DNA from: Octopus sinensis
Taxonomy: Eukaryota
Length of the DNA stretch: 39,822 nucleotides
Direction: 5' to 3'
Assembly (NCBI RefSeq): GCF_006345805.1
Contig: NW_021835867.1
Coordinates: forward strand, 1 to 39,822
Under the pieces are notes generated by a model. That model was not told where the DNA came from. It saw nothing but the letters and a program-made list of their open reading frames with translations, and did no database searches. Position 1 is the first letter of the stretch. Each line of letters begins with the position of its first letter. The position numbers and the translations under genes are program-made. Positions 22,035 to 35,424 of the stretch are shown here, one piece after another.

Positions 22035-22150
22035 AATACATACACACATACATACAAAACAGAAACACACACATACAAACACATGTATATACATACATAC
22101 ATACATACATACATACATACATACATAGATATATATATATATATATATAT

Positions 22151-22191
<41 letters not shown>

Positions 22192-22333
22192 CATACATAT
22201 ATATACGTATATATATGTAAGTATATATATATTTTAGCTGTATATATATAATATACATATATATTTATACATATATATATATATGTATGTATAATATATA
22301 TATATACATATATATGCATATATAAATGTAAGT

Positions 22334-22368
<35 letters not shown>

Positions 22369-23440
22369 ATTATGTATGTATATATATATACATATATATG
22401 CATATACATATGTTGTATATATCATTATGCTGTATACTTCTATACAATGTATAGAATATATATATACGCATATATATATATATTTACATATGGATTTATG
22501 CACAAACACACATATACACACATGCACAATGTGTATACGTATACATGTATACAAGCATGCATACACACACGTACATGTGAGAATGTGAGAACTTCGGATA
22601 TACGTATATTTGCATGTGCGTTATATGTCTATCTGTGTGTGTGTTTCTGTGTGTGTGTATCTGTGTGTGTATGTGTGTGTGCATGTGTGTGTGTGTGTGC
22701 ACATCCGAACATATAATAACAATTATGTTGATATAAATGATAGGTGACATTGCAAGTTTTGATTGGAAAAAAAACCTAAAGCGGATTATCGGATTAAGTT
22801 TCGGATTTGCGATTTGGTCCAGTTCGGTCCTTAATTTGACATCAGAACATCATCGTTTTGTTTTTCTGGTTTCTTTGAATTCTAGAAAATAAAACTGAAT
22901 GAAAATATTTAATATTGAGGAAGAGGGGGAGAAAGAGAAGAAAGTGCAGAAGGGAGAGAGAGAGAGGGAGAGAAAGGAAGGGGAGTAGAGATCATGTTGA
23001 ATTCTGGGAAAATATTCTCAACTTTAATCAGTTGAATGTTACAGCATAATCTCGGGATTACGTGAGTTTGAGAGCATTTCCCCTAAAAAAACAGATAATT
23101 ATATTAGATATGTATGTGTACACACACACACACACACACACGCACACACGCATGCACACACACACACATATGCGTATACACACACACACACATATATATA
23201 TATAATTTATGAAATACAAAATTTTTATAACAGATATATATATATATGTGTGTGTGTGTATATACATATATGTGTGTGTATATATATATATATATAGCAT
23301 ATGCATATTATATTGTATATATATATTTGTATAGATATATATGTGTATGTAACACATGTATTATATATATATCACATATTTATAACATATATATTATATA
23401 TATATATATATGTGCATATATATATATGTATGTATATATA

Positions 23441-23521
<81 letters not shown>

Positions 23522-24395
23522 CATACATACATGCATACATATATTATATTTATGTTTATACTTCTATATAATATATATGATTATACATATATATATATAT
23601 ATGTCTATGCTTATACATTCAGGTATGCGCACCCATATACGCGTATGTGTATAACGTACAAATATATCTATATGTACTGATAAACATCGATATGCGCCTG
23701 CGCACACAACACACATCCACACTCACAGGCGTTCTTGCATGCAAAGTGCATTCTGCGTACATGTACTATGTGTGCCTCTGTATGTGTGTGTGTGTGTGTG
23801 TGTGTACGTGTATATATATATATATATAAGCATTGTGCATACACGCATGTGTCTATCTATGTATGTGTATTAAACAGAATATTGCGTGCATATAAAAATT
23901 TGCGTATTTACATTTACTAAGTTCATATACGCATGCATTTAAGTATGTATATATGTATCTGTGAAGTTATGTATGTATGTATGTATGTATGTATGTATGT
24001 ATGTATGTATGTATGCATGTATGTATGTATGTATGTATGTATGTGTGTATGTATGTATGTATGTATGTATGTTATGATGCATGTATGTATGTATGTATGT
24101 ATGTATGTATGCATGTATGTATGTATGTATGTATGTATGTGTGTATGTATGTCTGTATGTATGTATATATGTATGTATGTATGTATGTGTGTATGTATGC
24201 ATATATCTATGCAGGCAAGCATCTATGCATGTAAGTGCGTGTTTATACAAATGTATGTTTTGTTTTGTGGGTGTGTATATATACTATGCATTTACGTATA
24301 TATGTAACCATGAATGCAATATGTATGTATGTGTGTGTATGTGATATAGTGCATCCGTGTTGTGCTTCTGTGAGTATATTTGCACGAACTTATAT

Positions 24396-24428
<33 letters not shown>

Positions 24429-24590
24429 AACACACACCACACACACACATACACACACACATATATATATATATATACATATACAATATACATATATATA
24501 TACGTACATACATACATACATATATGTACATATGTGTATGTATGTGTGTGTGTGTGTATGTATGTGTGTGTGTGTGTGTGTGCGTGTGTA
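22035..24590. repeat. Extended (TA)n/(TATG)n/(CA)n microsatellite field
   Basis: Directly visible, with short unique gaps (e.g. ~22720-23110). Confidence 0.9.
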
Positions 24591-24693
24591 TTATGAGGTG
24601 GTAGCAATCTAGGAATCAGTGGGCTGTGTGAGTTGTCAAACAGGAAATACAGTATACGTTCGCGGTTTCTTTTCTCCCAACTTCCTGTTTCTA

Positions 24694-24759
<66 letters not shown>

Positions 24760-25259
24760 CAGACACACACAGAGCCCGACATTTACATATATCCTCATTT
24801 CTCGCATATAAATTTAATAAATCAGCGACCGAGTGTGACCTACCGACCTGATATACACACCCCACATTTGCCTCGGGACCACACTGTAATTACGGGTGGA
24901 AGTCAGGAAGAGGTGATCGAGGTAAGCTCCCAGGGACGAGAGGTTGTAATCCAACACTGAATATTAATTAGTTAGGGCAATTTTTACAGTCGATGTTCTG
25001 AGTTCGACTACAGCGACATCTAGTAGTTAAATGAAGTTCACTGGGTTTCCTTTGACTTCTCCCTTACACACCCTTACACAAAGATGGACTCTTCGATGGC
25101 AACCCAGGAAATTAAACGCCAAAAGCTGCATAGGAATACAACCCAACTGGAATAAGCTCTAAAATTATTGAATCATGAGTTCAAATATTGTCACCTCTAC
25201 TGTATCCTGGGCCGAAACATTTAACCTCCACCGATTTACGTAATGCCATATCTTTGAAG

Positions 25260-25517
25260 GTGGAGGCGCAATGGCCCAGTGGTTAGGGCAGCGGACTCGC
25301 GGTCGGAGGATCACGGCTTCGATTCCCAAACCGGGCGTTGTATGTGTTTATTGAGCGAAAACACCTAAAAGCTCCACGACGCTCCGCCTCAACTTTCTCT
25401 CACTCTCTCTTCCTGTTTATTGAGTACGCTGCGATGGACTGGGGGGAACACATACGCCACAGAAACCGGGAAACCGGGGCCATGGACCTGGATAGGCTTG
25501 AAAAGGGCGACGACGTT
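25260..25517 (+). mobile_element. SINE-B copy with alternative tail T2, 12-bp TSD
   Basis: Head tggaggcgcaatggcccagtggttagggcagcggactcgcggtc; tail gctgcgatggactgg...gccacagaaaccgggaaaccggg. TSD ATATCTTTGAAG at 25248-25259 and 25518-25529. Confidence 0.9.
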
Positions 25518-26191
25518 ATATCTTTGAAGAGAGATAACGTAATTAGGACTAAATGAAGAGAAAGGTTTCTTTTCTTCGAGGTTGAACCCTATTCCTACCC
25601 AAAAATGTTTCATGGGTTTGTTCTAAACGTCCATGCTTGTTTTCAGATTTTTCGTTAACCCCTTGTTTCACACGTTCTGGGTAATATAAAGCATCCCTTT
25701 CATAAACCCCAAGTTGAAAAAAATGGTAATGTGTATCATGTATGATGAAGCATGAACGCCAGGGAAAGATATACTGAGTATCAGATGTGCTAGACAGGAC
25801 AGATAATAAGTTAAGACCTAGCCGTAAATGCTGAGTGATTATCGGGGTCTCAGGTTTATAAACAACGTGGTAGAAATTGTTCCAACGAAACGGCATAACT
25901 TCCGGTTCGAATCAGAGCTACAACATCTGATGAATGAGAATTTTCTGTGATGGGAGCTCGCACGTGCTTCGCTGCAATAAAACGAATGCTTAATTTTTAA
26001 TTTTTAATTTTGAAGCCGCATAAATTTTCTGTTTCATTTCACGATTAAGATCTGTTTGAGCGAAGGATATACGAATAAATTACGATCTTTTGATCTTTAA
26101 TGTTGCTTTGTTAGTGATTCTATTATGTTTTACGTACATACATATCCGTAATACTTCAAATATATATTTTCTTCTAACTTGAAAATTCTAA

Positions 26192-26197
26192 TCTGTC

Positions 26198-26247
<50 letters not shown>

Positions 26248-26354
26248 TCTCTCCCTCTCTCTATCTCTATCTATCTATCTATCTATCTATCTGTCCATTT
26301 ATCCATCCAACCATCCATCCATCCATCCATCCATCCATCATCCATCCATCCATC

Positions 26355-26429
<75 letters not shown>

Positions 26430-26430
26430 C

Positions 26431-26471
<41 letters not shown>

Positions 26472-26541
26472 GCTAGCTAGCTAGCTAGCTATCTATCTAT
26501 CTGTCTGTCTGTCCGTCCGTCCATCCATCCATCCATCCATC

Positions 26542-26638
<97 letters not shown>

Positions 26639-26665
26639 CTATCTATCTAGCTAGCTAGCTATCTG
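26192..26665. repeat. Compound (CT)n/(TCTA)n/(TCCA)n/(CTAG)n microsatellite
   Basis: Directly visible. Confidence 0.95.
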
Positions 26666-26769
26666 TAGCAAGGATGGCACGAATGAATGACGAAGCCACA
26701 TTGAACCGTAAAAATATTTAATACAGAAAGTTACTTATTTGTAAATAAATGTTAATATGTGATGTAATT

Positions 26770-26990
26770 GCCCGAGGTTACTGTGGGTTTTCGTAGGTTT
26801 TTCTTTCCACAGATAACCCTCCCCATTTCTTGGGAACTTTTTGAACTCTTTCGACATTTTTTGCATATATTCCCAACGATTTCGATCCATTTTGATCGTT
26901 GTCCCTTTTTTTTTCGCCTCCCTCGAAAAGAAAAACTCTACATTGTAATTGTGCCCTCTGTGTTTAGCCCTGTGTGGCCAAAAAAGAAAT
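26770..26990 (+). mobile_element. Probable LINE 3' UTR ending in the SINE-C tail sequence
   Basis: The last ~40 nt (ttgtgccctctgtgtttagccctgtgtggccaaaaaagaaat) match the SINE-C unit end (ttgtcccctctgtgtttagccccttgtgggcagtaaagaaat). The upstream 180 nt are T-rich and unrelated to SINE-C. Confidence 0.45.
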
Positions 26991-27153
26991 TATCTATCAA
27001 TCTATCTCTATCTACCTCTCTATCTCGCTATGTATCTATCTCTCTGTCTCCCTCCTCTCTCTCTCTCTTCTCTCTATCTAATTCGATTCAACGTGGGGAG
27101 AGATATGAGATCTGTGCAGCCAACCTTCCTGGATAGTAAGGTATTTGCTAAAC

Positions 27154-27441
27154 TGGCGCCCCTTCGGTTAAGACGACGAGTAGATTCGATCGATGGAACG
27201 GCCTGCTCATAGAATTAATGTGCAAGTGGCTGAGTACTCCACTGACAGGAGCTTCCTTAATGTAGTTCTCAAGGCAATGCTGGCCCTTTGAATTGTAGGT
27301 ACAATTCATTTTTGTCAGCTGAGTGAATTGGGGTAACGTGATATAAAGAGTCTTGCTGAAGGACACAATGCTTTGCTGGGTATCGAACTCGAGACCTTAT
27401 GATCGTGAGCTGAATGCCCTAACCATTAAGCCACGCGTCTT
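27154..27441 (-). mobile_element. SINE-B-related copy (second head type, tail T1), diverged
   Basis: Aligns with 19725-20025. Confidence 0.8.
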
Positions 27442-27623
27442 AACTTGCTAAACAACAACAACAGTGAATGGAACCAAATAATCTGGTGTTCGCGATCGAG
27501 GAAAGCAATATTTTACAAGCTGGGGACGAAATTCCCAAGGAATATATTGGACTTTCCTGTATACCCTGCAATCCAGAAATACAAGGAAGAACCAAAATGG
27601 TGTTGGCAGAAGAACCCTCTTTC

Positions 27624-27718
27624 CTGCGTGGCACCTTGGGTAAGTGTCTTCTACTATAGCCTCGGGCCGACCAAAGCCTTGTGAGTGGATCTGGTAGACG
27701 AAAACTGAAAGAAGCCTG

Positions 27719-27783
<65 letters not shown>

Positions 27784-27990
27784 TGTATGTGTCTGTGTTT
27801 GTCCCCCCAAATCGCTTGATAGCCGATGCTAGTGCATTTACGTCCCCGTAACCTAGTGGTTCGGCAAAAGACCCCGACAGAATAAGTACAAGGCTTACAA
27901 AGAATAAGTCTGTGAGTCAATTTGCTTGACTAAAGGCGGTGCTCCGGCATGGCCGCAGTCAAATGACTGAAACAAGTAAAAAGAGTAAAA
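27624..27990 (+). mobile_element. SINE-A, 5'-truncated, with internal (TA)/(TG) microsatellite
   Basis: ctgcgtggcaccttgggtaagtgtc (CORE-like) through gactgaaacaagtaaaaagagt. Confidence 0.9.
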
Positions 27991-28219
27991 AAAAATACAT
28001 AACCAGCCACGGCACTGACTGACTGTGTGTCACCAAATCCACAGACATTTATTTCATTTATCGCGTATCAATCCAAGAAATACCGCTGCGACATTCTTAA
28101 CTAAGCGTTTTCTAAATACAAACACACGCCCGACATAGTCATCGAGGACTGGAAACTAATTCCATGTCATGCTGTAGAGTCCAGTTTCCCTGTAGATGGA
28201 GGAACGTCAGTCTTAACGC

Positions 28220-28352
28220 TCATTGCTACCAGCTGAATGGAGTAATGTAAAGAGCCTTGTTGAAGAACGCAACAATACTATCAGTACAGAGATCGAACAC
28301 ATGACCTCATGATCAAGAACCCAGTCGTTTAACCATTCGTCCACGAGCCTTT
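28220..28352 (-). mobile_element. Old decayed SINE head
   Basis: ccagctga...gatcgaacacatgacctc...taaccattcgtccacg resembles the heads at 19885-20025 and 27300-27441. Confidence 0.55.
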
Positions 28353-28426
28353 TCACTGTTGTCATAGCTAGATACGAAAGGTGTTGACACTATAACTTAA
28401 TGCCGCAATAGTTCAGAGCTGGACTA

Positions 28427-28830
28427 TTTACTCTTTATTCTTTTACTTGTTTCAGTCATTTGACTGTGGCCATGCTGGAGCACCTCTAGTCGAGCCAATC
28501 GACCCCAGAACTTATTCTTTGTAAGCCTAGTACATATTTTATGGGTCTCTTTTGCCGAACCTCTAAGTTACGGGGACATAAACACACCAGCATCGGTTGT
28601 CAAGCGATGTTAGGGGGACAAACACAGACACACAAACATATACACACACGTACATATACATATATACGACGGGCTTCTTTCAGTTTCCGTCTACCAAATC
28701 CACTCACAAGGTTTTGGTCGGTCCGAGGCTATAGCAGAAGACACTTGCCCAAAGTCCCACGCAGTGGGACTGAACCCGGAACATATGTGGTTCGCAAGCA
28801 AGCTACTTACCACACAGCCACTCTTACACC
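28427..28830 (-). mobile_element. SINE-A full-length copy
   Basis: Reverse complement has tRNA head (gtggctgtgtggtaagtagcttgc...ccgggttcagtcccac), CORE-like block, internal microsatellite and 3' tail. Confidence 0.92.
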
Positions 28831-29289
28831 TACAGAAACATCTTAAATCAACAACGAAACTCAATTCGTATCTTATAGACAATATTGAATTTTTTCTTTG
28901 ATTTTTTTGGTTCATTTACAAAGGACTTGTTTTCTCTTCCCCACGAAGACTACCTTTAGTAGTGTTTTTTTTTTTTTTTTACCTGCCGAGTTCCAGAAAT
29001 AAACAGGTGTTTGACTGTTATGTGTCAGAACTTAATGGAAATCTTGCGCTCTTGCCTGCATCTCAAATATTGTTAGCAGCCGAGCAAATAAATAAAAGTA
29101 ACTTTTATTTCATTTCAACAAAACTGGCTCCACTCCAGGGGTGAGAGGGTCAGCGCGAGGGTGAAGGCAAGGTCTCTCGAATCATTGTTAGGGTTTTGTG
29201 CTTTTGGAACACCTGCCTGCAGAAGAACAATGCAGGTTGCCTTTGTGAGCAGCAGCAGCAGCAGCAGCAGCAACACAGATATATTAGGT

Positions 29290-29318
29290 GAATATGTATG
29301 TTTGTATATGTATGTATG

Positions 29319-29351
<33 letters not shown>

Positions 29352-29544
29352 ATGTATGTATGTGTATATATGTATGTATGTGTGTGTGTGCATGTATGTA
29401 TGGATGTATGTATGAATGTATGCATGTATGAATGTATATATGTGTGTGTGTGCATGTATGTATATATATATACGTATGTATATATATATGTCTGTATTTA
29501 TGTATGTATGTATGTATGTGTATGTTTATATGTATGTATATGTA

Positions 29545-29620
<76 letters not shown>

Positions 29621-29820
29621 CATGTATGTATGTATGTACGCGTATATGTATATATGTGTATGTATATGTATGTATGTAAGTGTTTGCATATATGTGTTAT
29701 GTCTGTATCCATATGAATATGATATTTTATTATATATATATACAATTTATGTGTATGTGTGTCTGTGCACGTGTGTTTGTCTGCATGTGTGTGTGTGTGT
29801 TTGCATGTGTGAGCGTGTGC
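29290..29820. repeat. (TATG)n/(TA)n/(TG)n microsatellite region
   Basis: Directly visible. Confidence 0.9.
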
Positions 29821-30534
29821 ATAATCATTCAAATATAGACGAAGTGTATACGAAGTGCATCTGCACCAAAATTAGAGAATTTGATACATTGACTAATATT
29901 CAAAGAATAAATATTTTTTGTGTGACAAAATAAACACCCAAATATCTTGGAACAAATATCATATCCTCGGCAGGAAATAAAATGTGTATTTGCGAAGTTA
30001 GACTACGAAATTGTCCAACAAATGAATTTCTTCAATTTATAAATTGCCAATATTTCCAAACGCGATGATGATTCTGTTTCATGGAAAAACAATCTACGGT
30101 CAGGTTCCATCTGGCGGTCCTTTTACTGAAGATAATTTATAAGAGAAATTACACGAGTCTTAGAATATAGCGATATAAAAAAAACAAAAAAACTGAATAA
30201 GCACATGATAACAGCGCATGCGTAATCTCAAAAGTATGCATGTATATGAGAAAAGAATTGTATCAACTAAATGAAAGAGCATTAAAATTTGTGTATACAC
30301 TGAAAATACCTTCAGCTAAGCCTGAAAGCAATGAAGGCATAAAAGAATCATCCATGACTTGCAGTAAGCAACATTTATTGAAATAAAAGTATACTGAACA
30401 CAGAATAACATGTAACAAAAACAATTTGCAAACATATTTACATTCCCATATAACAGTTAAGAACATCACCATTACTGTATTACGCATGCGCGGAAGTGTT
30501 TCTTCGACTAGGTGCTGCTGGCTTAATTACGCAC

Positions 30535-30651
30535 GACTCAAGTTAGAGAAGGGGTGCGTATCATACACAAGGTTTAGGTTTTTCAGAAGTACAGCCCCCT
30601 AAAACTCCCCTGCGTATTATACTCAAGGGCGGATTATACTTGATGATTTAC
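30535..30651 (-). mobile_element. One end of a Tc1/mariner pogo/Tigger-like DNA element
   Basis: Minus strand gtaaatcatcaagtataatccgcccttgagtataatacgc..., with three subterminal repeats gcgtaYYatac-like at 30557, 30612 and 30629. Partner end not identified. Confidence 0.5.
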
Positions 30652-30666
30652 ATTAACCTCCCCCCA

Positions 30667-30869
30667 ATGATTGGTACAGCTGTAAAGATAGAACACATAG
30701 AAAGCTCATCATTGCTTAGAATTGCAAGAATTCTCCGCAGGGTTTTTGAAACATGACCAATAAACAAGTGTTACCTTAGTCTGTTGGGTGTGGACAGTTG
30801 ACACTTTCCATCATACCCAGCAAAAGAAGCTGAGAGTTTTCATCAAAATGATAATAAGAGTAATAATAG
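30667..30869 (+). mobile_element. 3' fragment of a Dong/R4-clade non-LTR retrotransposon (ORF C-terminus + 3' UTR + TAA tail)
   Basis: 30667-30756 translates MIGTAVKIEHIESSSLLRIARILRRVFET*, resembling the R4/Dong terminal motif LQKxALLGTARILRxVL. It is followed by a ~90-nt UTR and degenerate (TAA)n, the usual Dong target. Confidence 0.7.
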
Positions 30870-31299
30870 CCGATATATAAATGGATTGGTTGGCTAGTTG
30901 GTTTCTCGTGTCACGCATTACATCATACAGAGAGAGGAGGGGGTGGAGCGCAAAAAGGAAATATAGAGAGAGTTAGCACTTGAAATGCAGGGTGAGTGTC
31001 AGAAAAGCGACGTGTTTTTTAAAGGAAATTTTCCGTCGAATTATATTGCGATGATGTTGATTAAATTTAGAAAAGTAATAACATATATTTATTGCGAATA
31101 TATAAATGAAAAATTTGTTTTATTAAATGTTATTTTGAAAACCGTATCCATTACATCATTTTGCGAAAGCACAGCGAAAACTGATTAATAAAAGTCAAGT
31201 TATAATTCTCGTTTGTACGCCATAACATCTTCTGAGATTACCAATGGCGGCAAAAGTGTGCTTCCAAACTTACCCGTCATATGGCAAGTAACACCCTGC

Positions 31300-31481
31300 A
31301 ATGTGTGTGAGTGTGTGCGTGTGTGCGTGTGTGTGTGCGTGGTGTGTGTGTGTGTGTGCGTGTGTGTGTGCGTGTGTGTGTGTGCGTGCGTGTGTATTAT
31401 GTATGTATGTATATATATATATATTATATATATATATACATACATACATACATACATACATACACATATATATATACATAC

Positions 31482-31528
<47 letters not shown>

Positions 31529-31554
31529 CATATATACATACATACATACATACA

Positions 31555-31586
<32 letters not shown>

Positions 31587-31598
31587 CACATGTACACA
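31300..31598. repeat. (TG)n/(TA)n/(CATA)n microsatellite
   Basis: Directly visible. Confidence 0.9.
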
Positions 31599-31760
31599 CG
31601 ACAAGCTTTGACAAGTTTCTATCTTTCCTTCTACCAAATTCACTCACAAGGAATTGGTAAGCCTAGGTCTATAGTAGAAGTCTCTTGCCCAAGAATGCCG
31701 CGCTTTGGGACCGAAACCGAAACTTTGTAGTTACAAACTAAGCTTCTCGACCAAACAGTC
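31599..31760 (-). mobile_element. SINE-A 5' half, diverged
   Basis: ctaccaaattcactcacaagg...tatagtagaagtctcttgcccaag...gggaccgaaacc matches 28690-28820. Confidence 0.75.
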
Positions 31761-32503
31761 AAGCGTTAAAAATATGTAACAAAGTATGGGATGTTGATAT
31801 ATGGAGACAAAGAAGAAACTCCGATCCGCCCGATCCCCACACACACCGTGCCCCTCCCTCCTGAACAGATCATTATGGCCAATCCTTCTTCCTCGGGACC
31901 TCATCCCTCTGGAATCTTTCCCCATCGCATGTCTTTCCTGCTACTAATGACTTGCAATATCTTAATCGGTGCATTTAGGCACGAAGCTCATTGGTCTCAG
32001 ATGACCTGAATGGGTCAAGGCTACTGACCTTTTCACCAGACTCAGTAAATTAGATAAAAGTAAAACCATCACATTTCTGTTTCTAGGAAGTGAACGCAAT
32101 ATGAAATATAACTTCGAACTTTGTATATTTATATGAAATCGAACCTATATCGAATCTGAATTTTCTTTTTTGCCTTTTTTTTTTCTCGTGAATTGAAGAA
32201 TATATTGAAAAATTTGGAAATCTGCTTTGATTTCCGATTTCTTTCTAATCGAAGATTCTAAGAATATGCGCATGGTAGGTAATGAATAGATGAATATGCG
32301 AAGTATTTTCTAGTGTTTCTTTTTCGACAACCAATAAAATCTCCATATACGGTTGGCCAATCATTTTCCAATGTCGTTACGAATATATTTGCCTATAACT
32401 TGTCGCGAATGTATTTGTTTAAATGTCTTTGGTTTTATGTATACATCTTTCAATCGTTTGAACAAGGGGAAGCGTGACACATAAAGTTATGATTCCACAA
32501 GCA

Positions 32504-32548
<45 letters not shown>

Positions 32549-32686
32549 CAATAAGTAAATGAAAATGATGTGTGTCTCTGTATGTGTATTTGTAAATGTA
32601 CTTGTACATATGTATGCGTGTGTGTGTGTGTTTGTGTGTGTGAATGTGTAAGTGCATGTACGTGAGTGTCTACATGTATTAGTGTG

Positions 32687-32740
<54 letters not shown>
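32504..32740. repeat. (TAA)n and (TG)n microsatellites
   Basis: Directly visible. Confidence 0.9.
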
Positions 32741-32741
<1 letters not shown>

Positions 32742-32829
32742 GTGCATGAATATTTAAACCTTTCAATTTTTAGAATTGAATTACATTTCTCAATCTTGGA
32801 AAATAACGATTTTGTATCTTTTTAAAATT

Positions 32830-33146
32830 CTATCTTTTCCTTCTCCTTTCATCTCCGCCTTCTTTCCTTCCTCCCTACCTTCCTTCCTACCTCCCTTCCT
32901 TCTTCATTCATTCCTTTCTTCCTTCCTACCTTCCTTCCTCCCTCCCTTCCTTCCTTCATTCATTCCTTTCTTTCTTTCTTCGTTTTTCTCTTTCTCGTTC
33001 TTTTTTCTTTCTTTCTTTCTTTCTCTTTTCTTTCTTTGTTTCTTTCTTTGTTCCTTCTTTCCTTTCTTCTTCCTTCCTTCCTTCCTTCCTTCCTGCCTTC
33101 ATTCATTCATTCATTCCTACCTTTCTTTGTTCTTTTTCTCTTTTTC

Positions 33147-33178
<32 letters not shown>

Positions 33179-33464
33179 TTTCTCTTTCTTTCTTTCTTTC
33201 TTTCTTTCTTTTTCTCTTTTCTTTCTTTCTTTCTTTCTTTGTTCCTTCCTTCCTCCCTTCCTTCTTTCCTTCCTTCCTTCCTTCCTTCCTTCCTTCCTTC
33301 CTTCCTTCCTTTCTTTCCTCCAGAAACCTGTTGGGAAATGGGAAGAACAAGACACATTTGTAGAAAATATAAATAACAAAATTGAAAGATGGAGGGAAAC
33401 AGAGAGAATGAGGGCGAGGAAGAGGTATACAAACGTAAACAGAGACTGAGAGAGACAGATAGAG

Positions 33465-33543
<79 letters not shown>

Positions 33544-33545
33544 GA
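32830..33545. repeat. Polypyrimidine (CCTT/CTTT)n tract followed by (GATA)n/(GA)n
   Basis: Directly visible. Confidence 0.95.
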
Positions 33546-34103
33546 AGTATATAAATATAAAGAGAAAGAAAAGGACAAAAACGGAAAATTATTGGGTTGT
33601 GAGTGTGTGTAGGCAGTAAATATACACACTGGATGTTTATAGATTTAGTTGATATAAACTCGGTGAACTGTTCGCTTATCGATCGATCGCGAATGTCGAG
33701 CATTAGATGCTGACGAGCCCGTCCAATCATCATCACCATCACCATCATCGTGGTCGTCGCCATCATCATCATCATCATCTCTCGTTTGTGTCCAACATAC
33801 CGGAAGCAAAGAATGAGGGAAGCCATTAGCGTCATTAAGCGAATACATCTGGGGCTACTAAAGTTTTACTTCTCTAAAACATGGTGTCTTCGCTAGTAAA
33901 CAGTGATTTTCTGGCACTAAAATAGAAGCAGAATCTCCAATGTCTGTTTATACGAAGCCAGTTTCTTTTACACGGACTTGAAATTAATTTTACAAATGGC
34001 TTTAAATGTGATGAAGTGGAAAGATTTCAAGAGCCCTCAATATGGAAGTCTTTTTGTTTGTTTTAGAATCCAATTAACTTTACTGTAAAACGTAAGCGCC
34101 ACC

Positions 34104-34111
34104 TATATATG

Positions 34112-34143
<32 letters not shown>

Positions 34144-34255
34144 TGTATGTATGTATGTATGTATGTATGTATGTATAAATATATATATATATATGCACAC
34201 ACATGCATACACAAACACATATGTATGTATATGAACACTTACACATATTTATATC

Positions 34256-34291
<36 letters not shown>

Positions 34292-34460
34292 TGTATGTAT
34301 GTATGTATGCATGTATTTATGTATGTATGTATGTATGTATGTGTGCGTATGTATGTATGCATGCATGCATGTATGTATGTATGTATGTATGTATGTATGT
34401 ATGTATGTATGTATGTATGTATGTATGTCTGTATGTATGTATGTATATACACACACATCC
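34104..34460. repeat. (TATG)n microsatellite
   Basis: Directly visible. Confidence 0.95.
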
Positions 34461-34946
34461 ATATATACTCTGCACCATTTATAGTACAGAAGAGTGTTCA
34501 GCGGCGTGTAAAAAGATTCGATAATTTGTGTATTTGTGTTTAGAATCTGCATAAAAATCTCTGAAAACTTGTGTTGGATTGGATTGTTGTTAAGAAGGTG
34601 CGACCACACAGCTCCACCCCCAACACCCAACGAAATCTCCACCAATTACCATTCCAATATGGCTGCCACTAATACCTGAACAACTTGCACATGACAATTC
34701 CAAGAATCGCATAAAACCAGAGAATCCCCTCCACCACCAACCCAACCCTGGCACCAACCGAACACGAAGGATTAAGAGTCATAAAAAATTCTTGGTCACA
34801 GATTTAAGCAACAACCAAGAATCTGCCATCAACAGGTTTTCTTTTATTTCCAAGGAAATCCTTGTTGAGATGGGGCCCTGATTTCTAGAAAAGAAAGATT
34901 TCGGGTCTTATAAGGAACCAAAATCTAAAGGAGTGACCCCCATATA

Positions 34947-34978
34947 TTTCTCTCTCTCTCGTTCTCTCTCCCTTTCTG

Positions 34979-35013
<35 letters not shown>

Positions 35014-35416
35014 CTCTCCCTTTCTATTTCTCTCTCTCTCGTTCTCTCTCCCTTTCTGTTTCTCTCTCTCTCTCGTTCTCTCCCTTTCTGTTTTTCTCTC
35101 TCTCTCTCTCTCTGTTTCTTTCTCTCTCTGTATTGTGTTCTCTCTCTGTATTGTGTTCTCTCTCTGTATTGTGTTCTCTCTCTGTCTAACTGTTTCTTTG
35201 TCTTTCTCTTTTCCTCTCTCTCTCTCTCTCTCTCTGTATCTCTCTTTCTCTGTTTCTTCTCTCTCTCCCTCTCTGTTTCTTCCCTCTTTGTCTCTCTGTT
35301 TCTCTCTCTCCCACCCACTCCATCTTTCCCCTTCCCCTTCTCTCTCTCCCCCTCCCTTTCTCAGATCTCCCCCTCTCTCTCATTCTCTCTCCCTCTCTTT
35401 CTCATTCCCTCTCTCC
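34947..35416. repeat. (CT)n-rich tract with an internal 18-bp tandem (tctctctctgtattgtgt x3)
   Basis: Directly visible; the 18-bp unit spans ~35121-35183. Confidence 0.95.
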
Positions 35417-35424
35417 AGCTTGAC

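Noticed and set aside
25261-25335. tRNA-Arg-like sequence with A/B boxes
   Set aside because: It is the head of a TSD-flanked SINE and continues into the SINE body; not a tRNA gene.
25549-25896. 115-aa complex-looking ORF on the minus strand
   Set aside because: Non-ATG start, no known motif, and a length compatible with chance.
27445-27625. Segment open in several frames between two SINEs
   Set aside because: No recognisable domain or splice sites; the ORFs run into SINE sequence.
33665-33725. CpG-rich small palindromes with CTGACGA
   Set aside because: No GAAA box or three-way junction; only short local hairpins.
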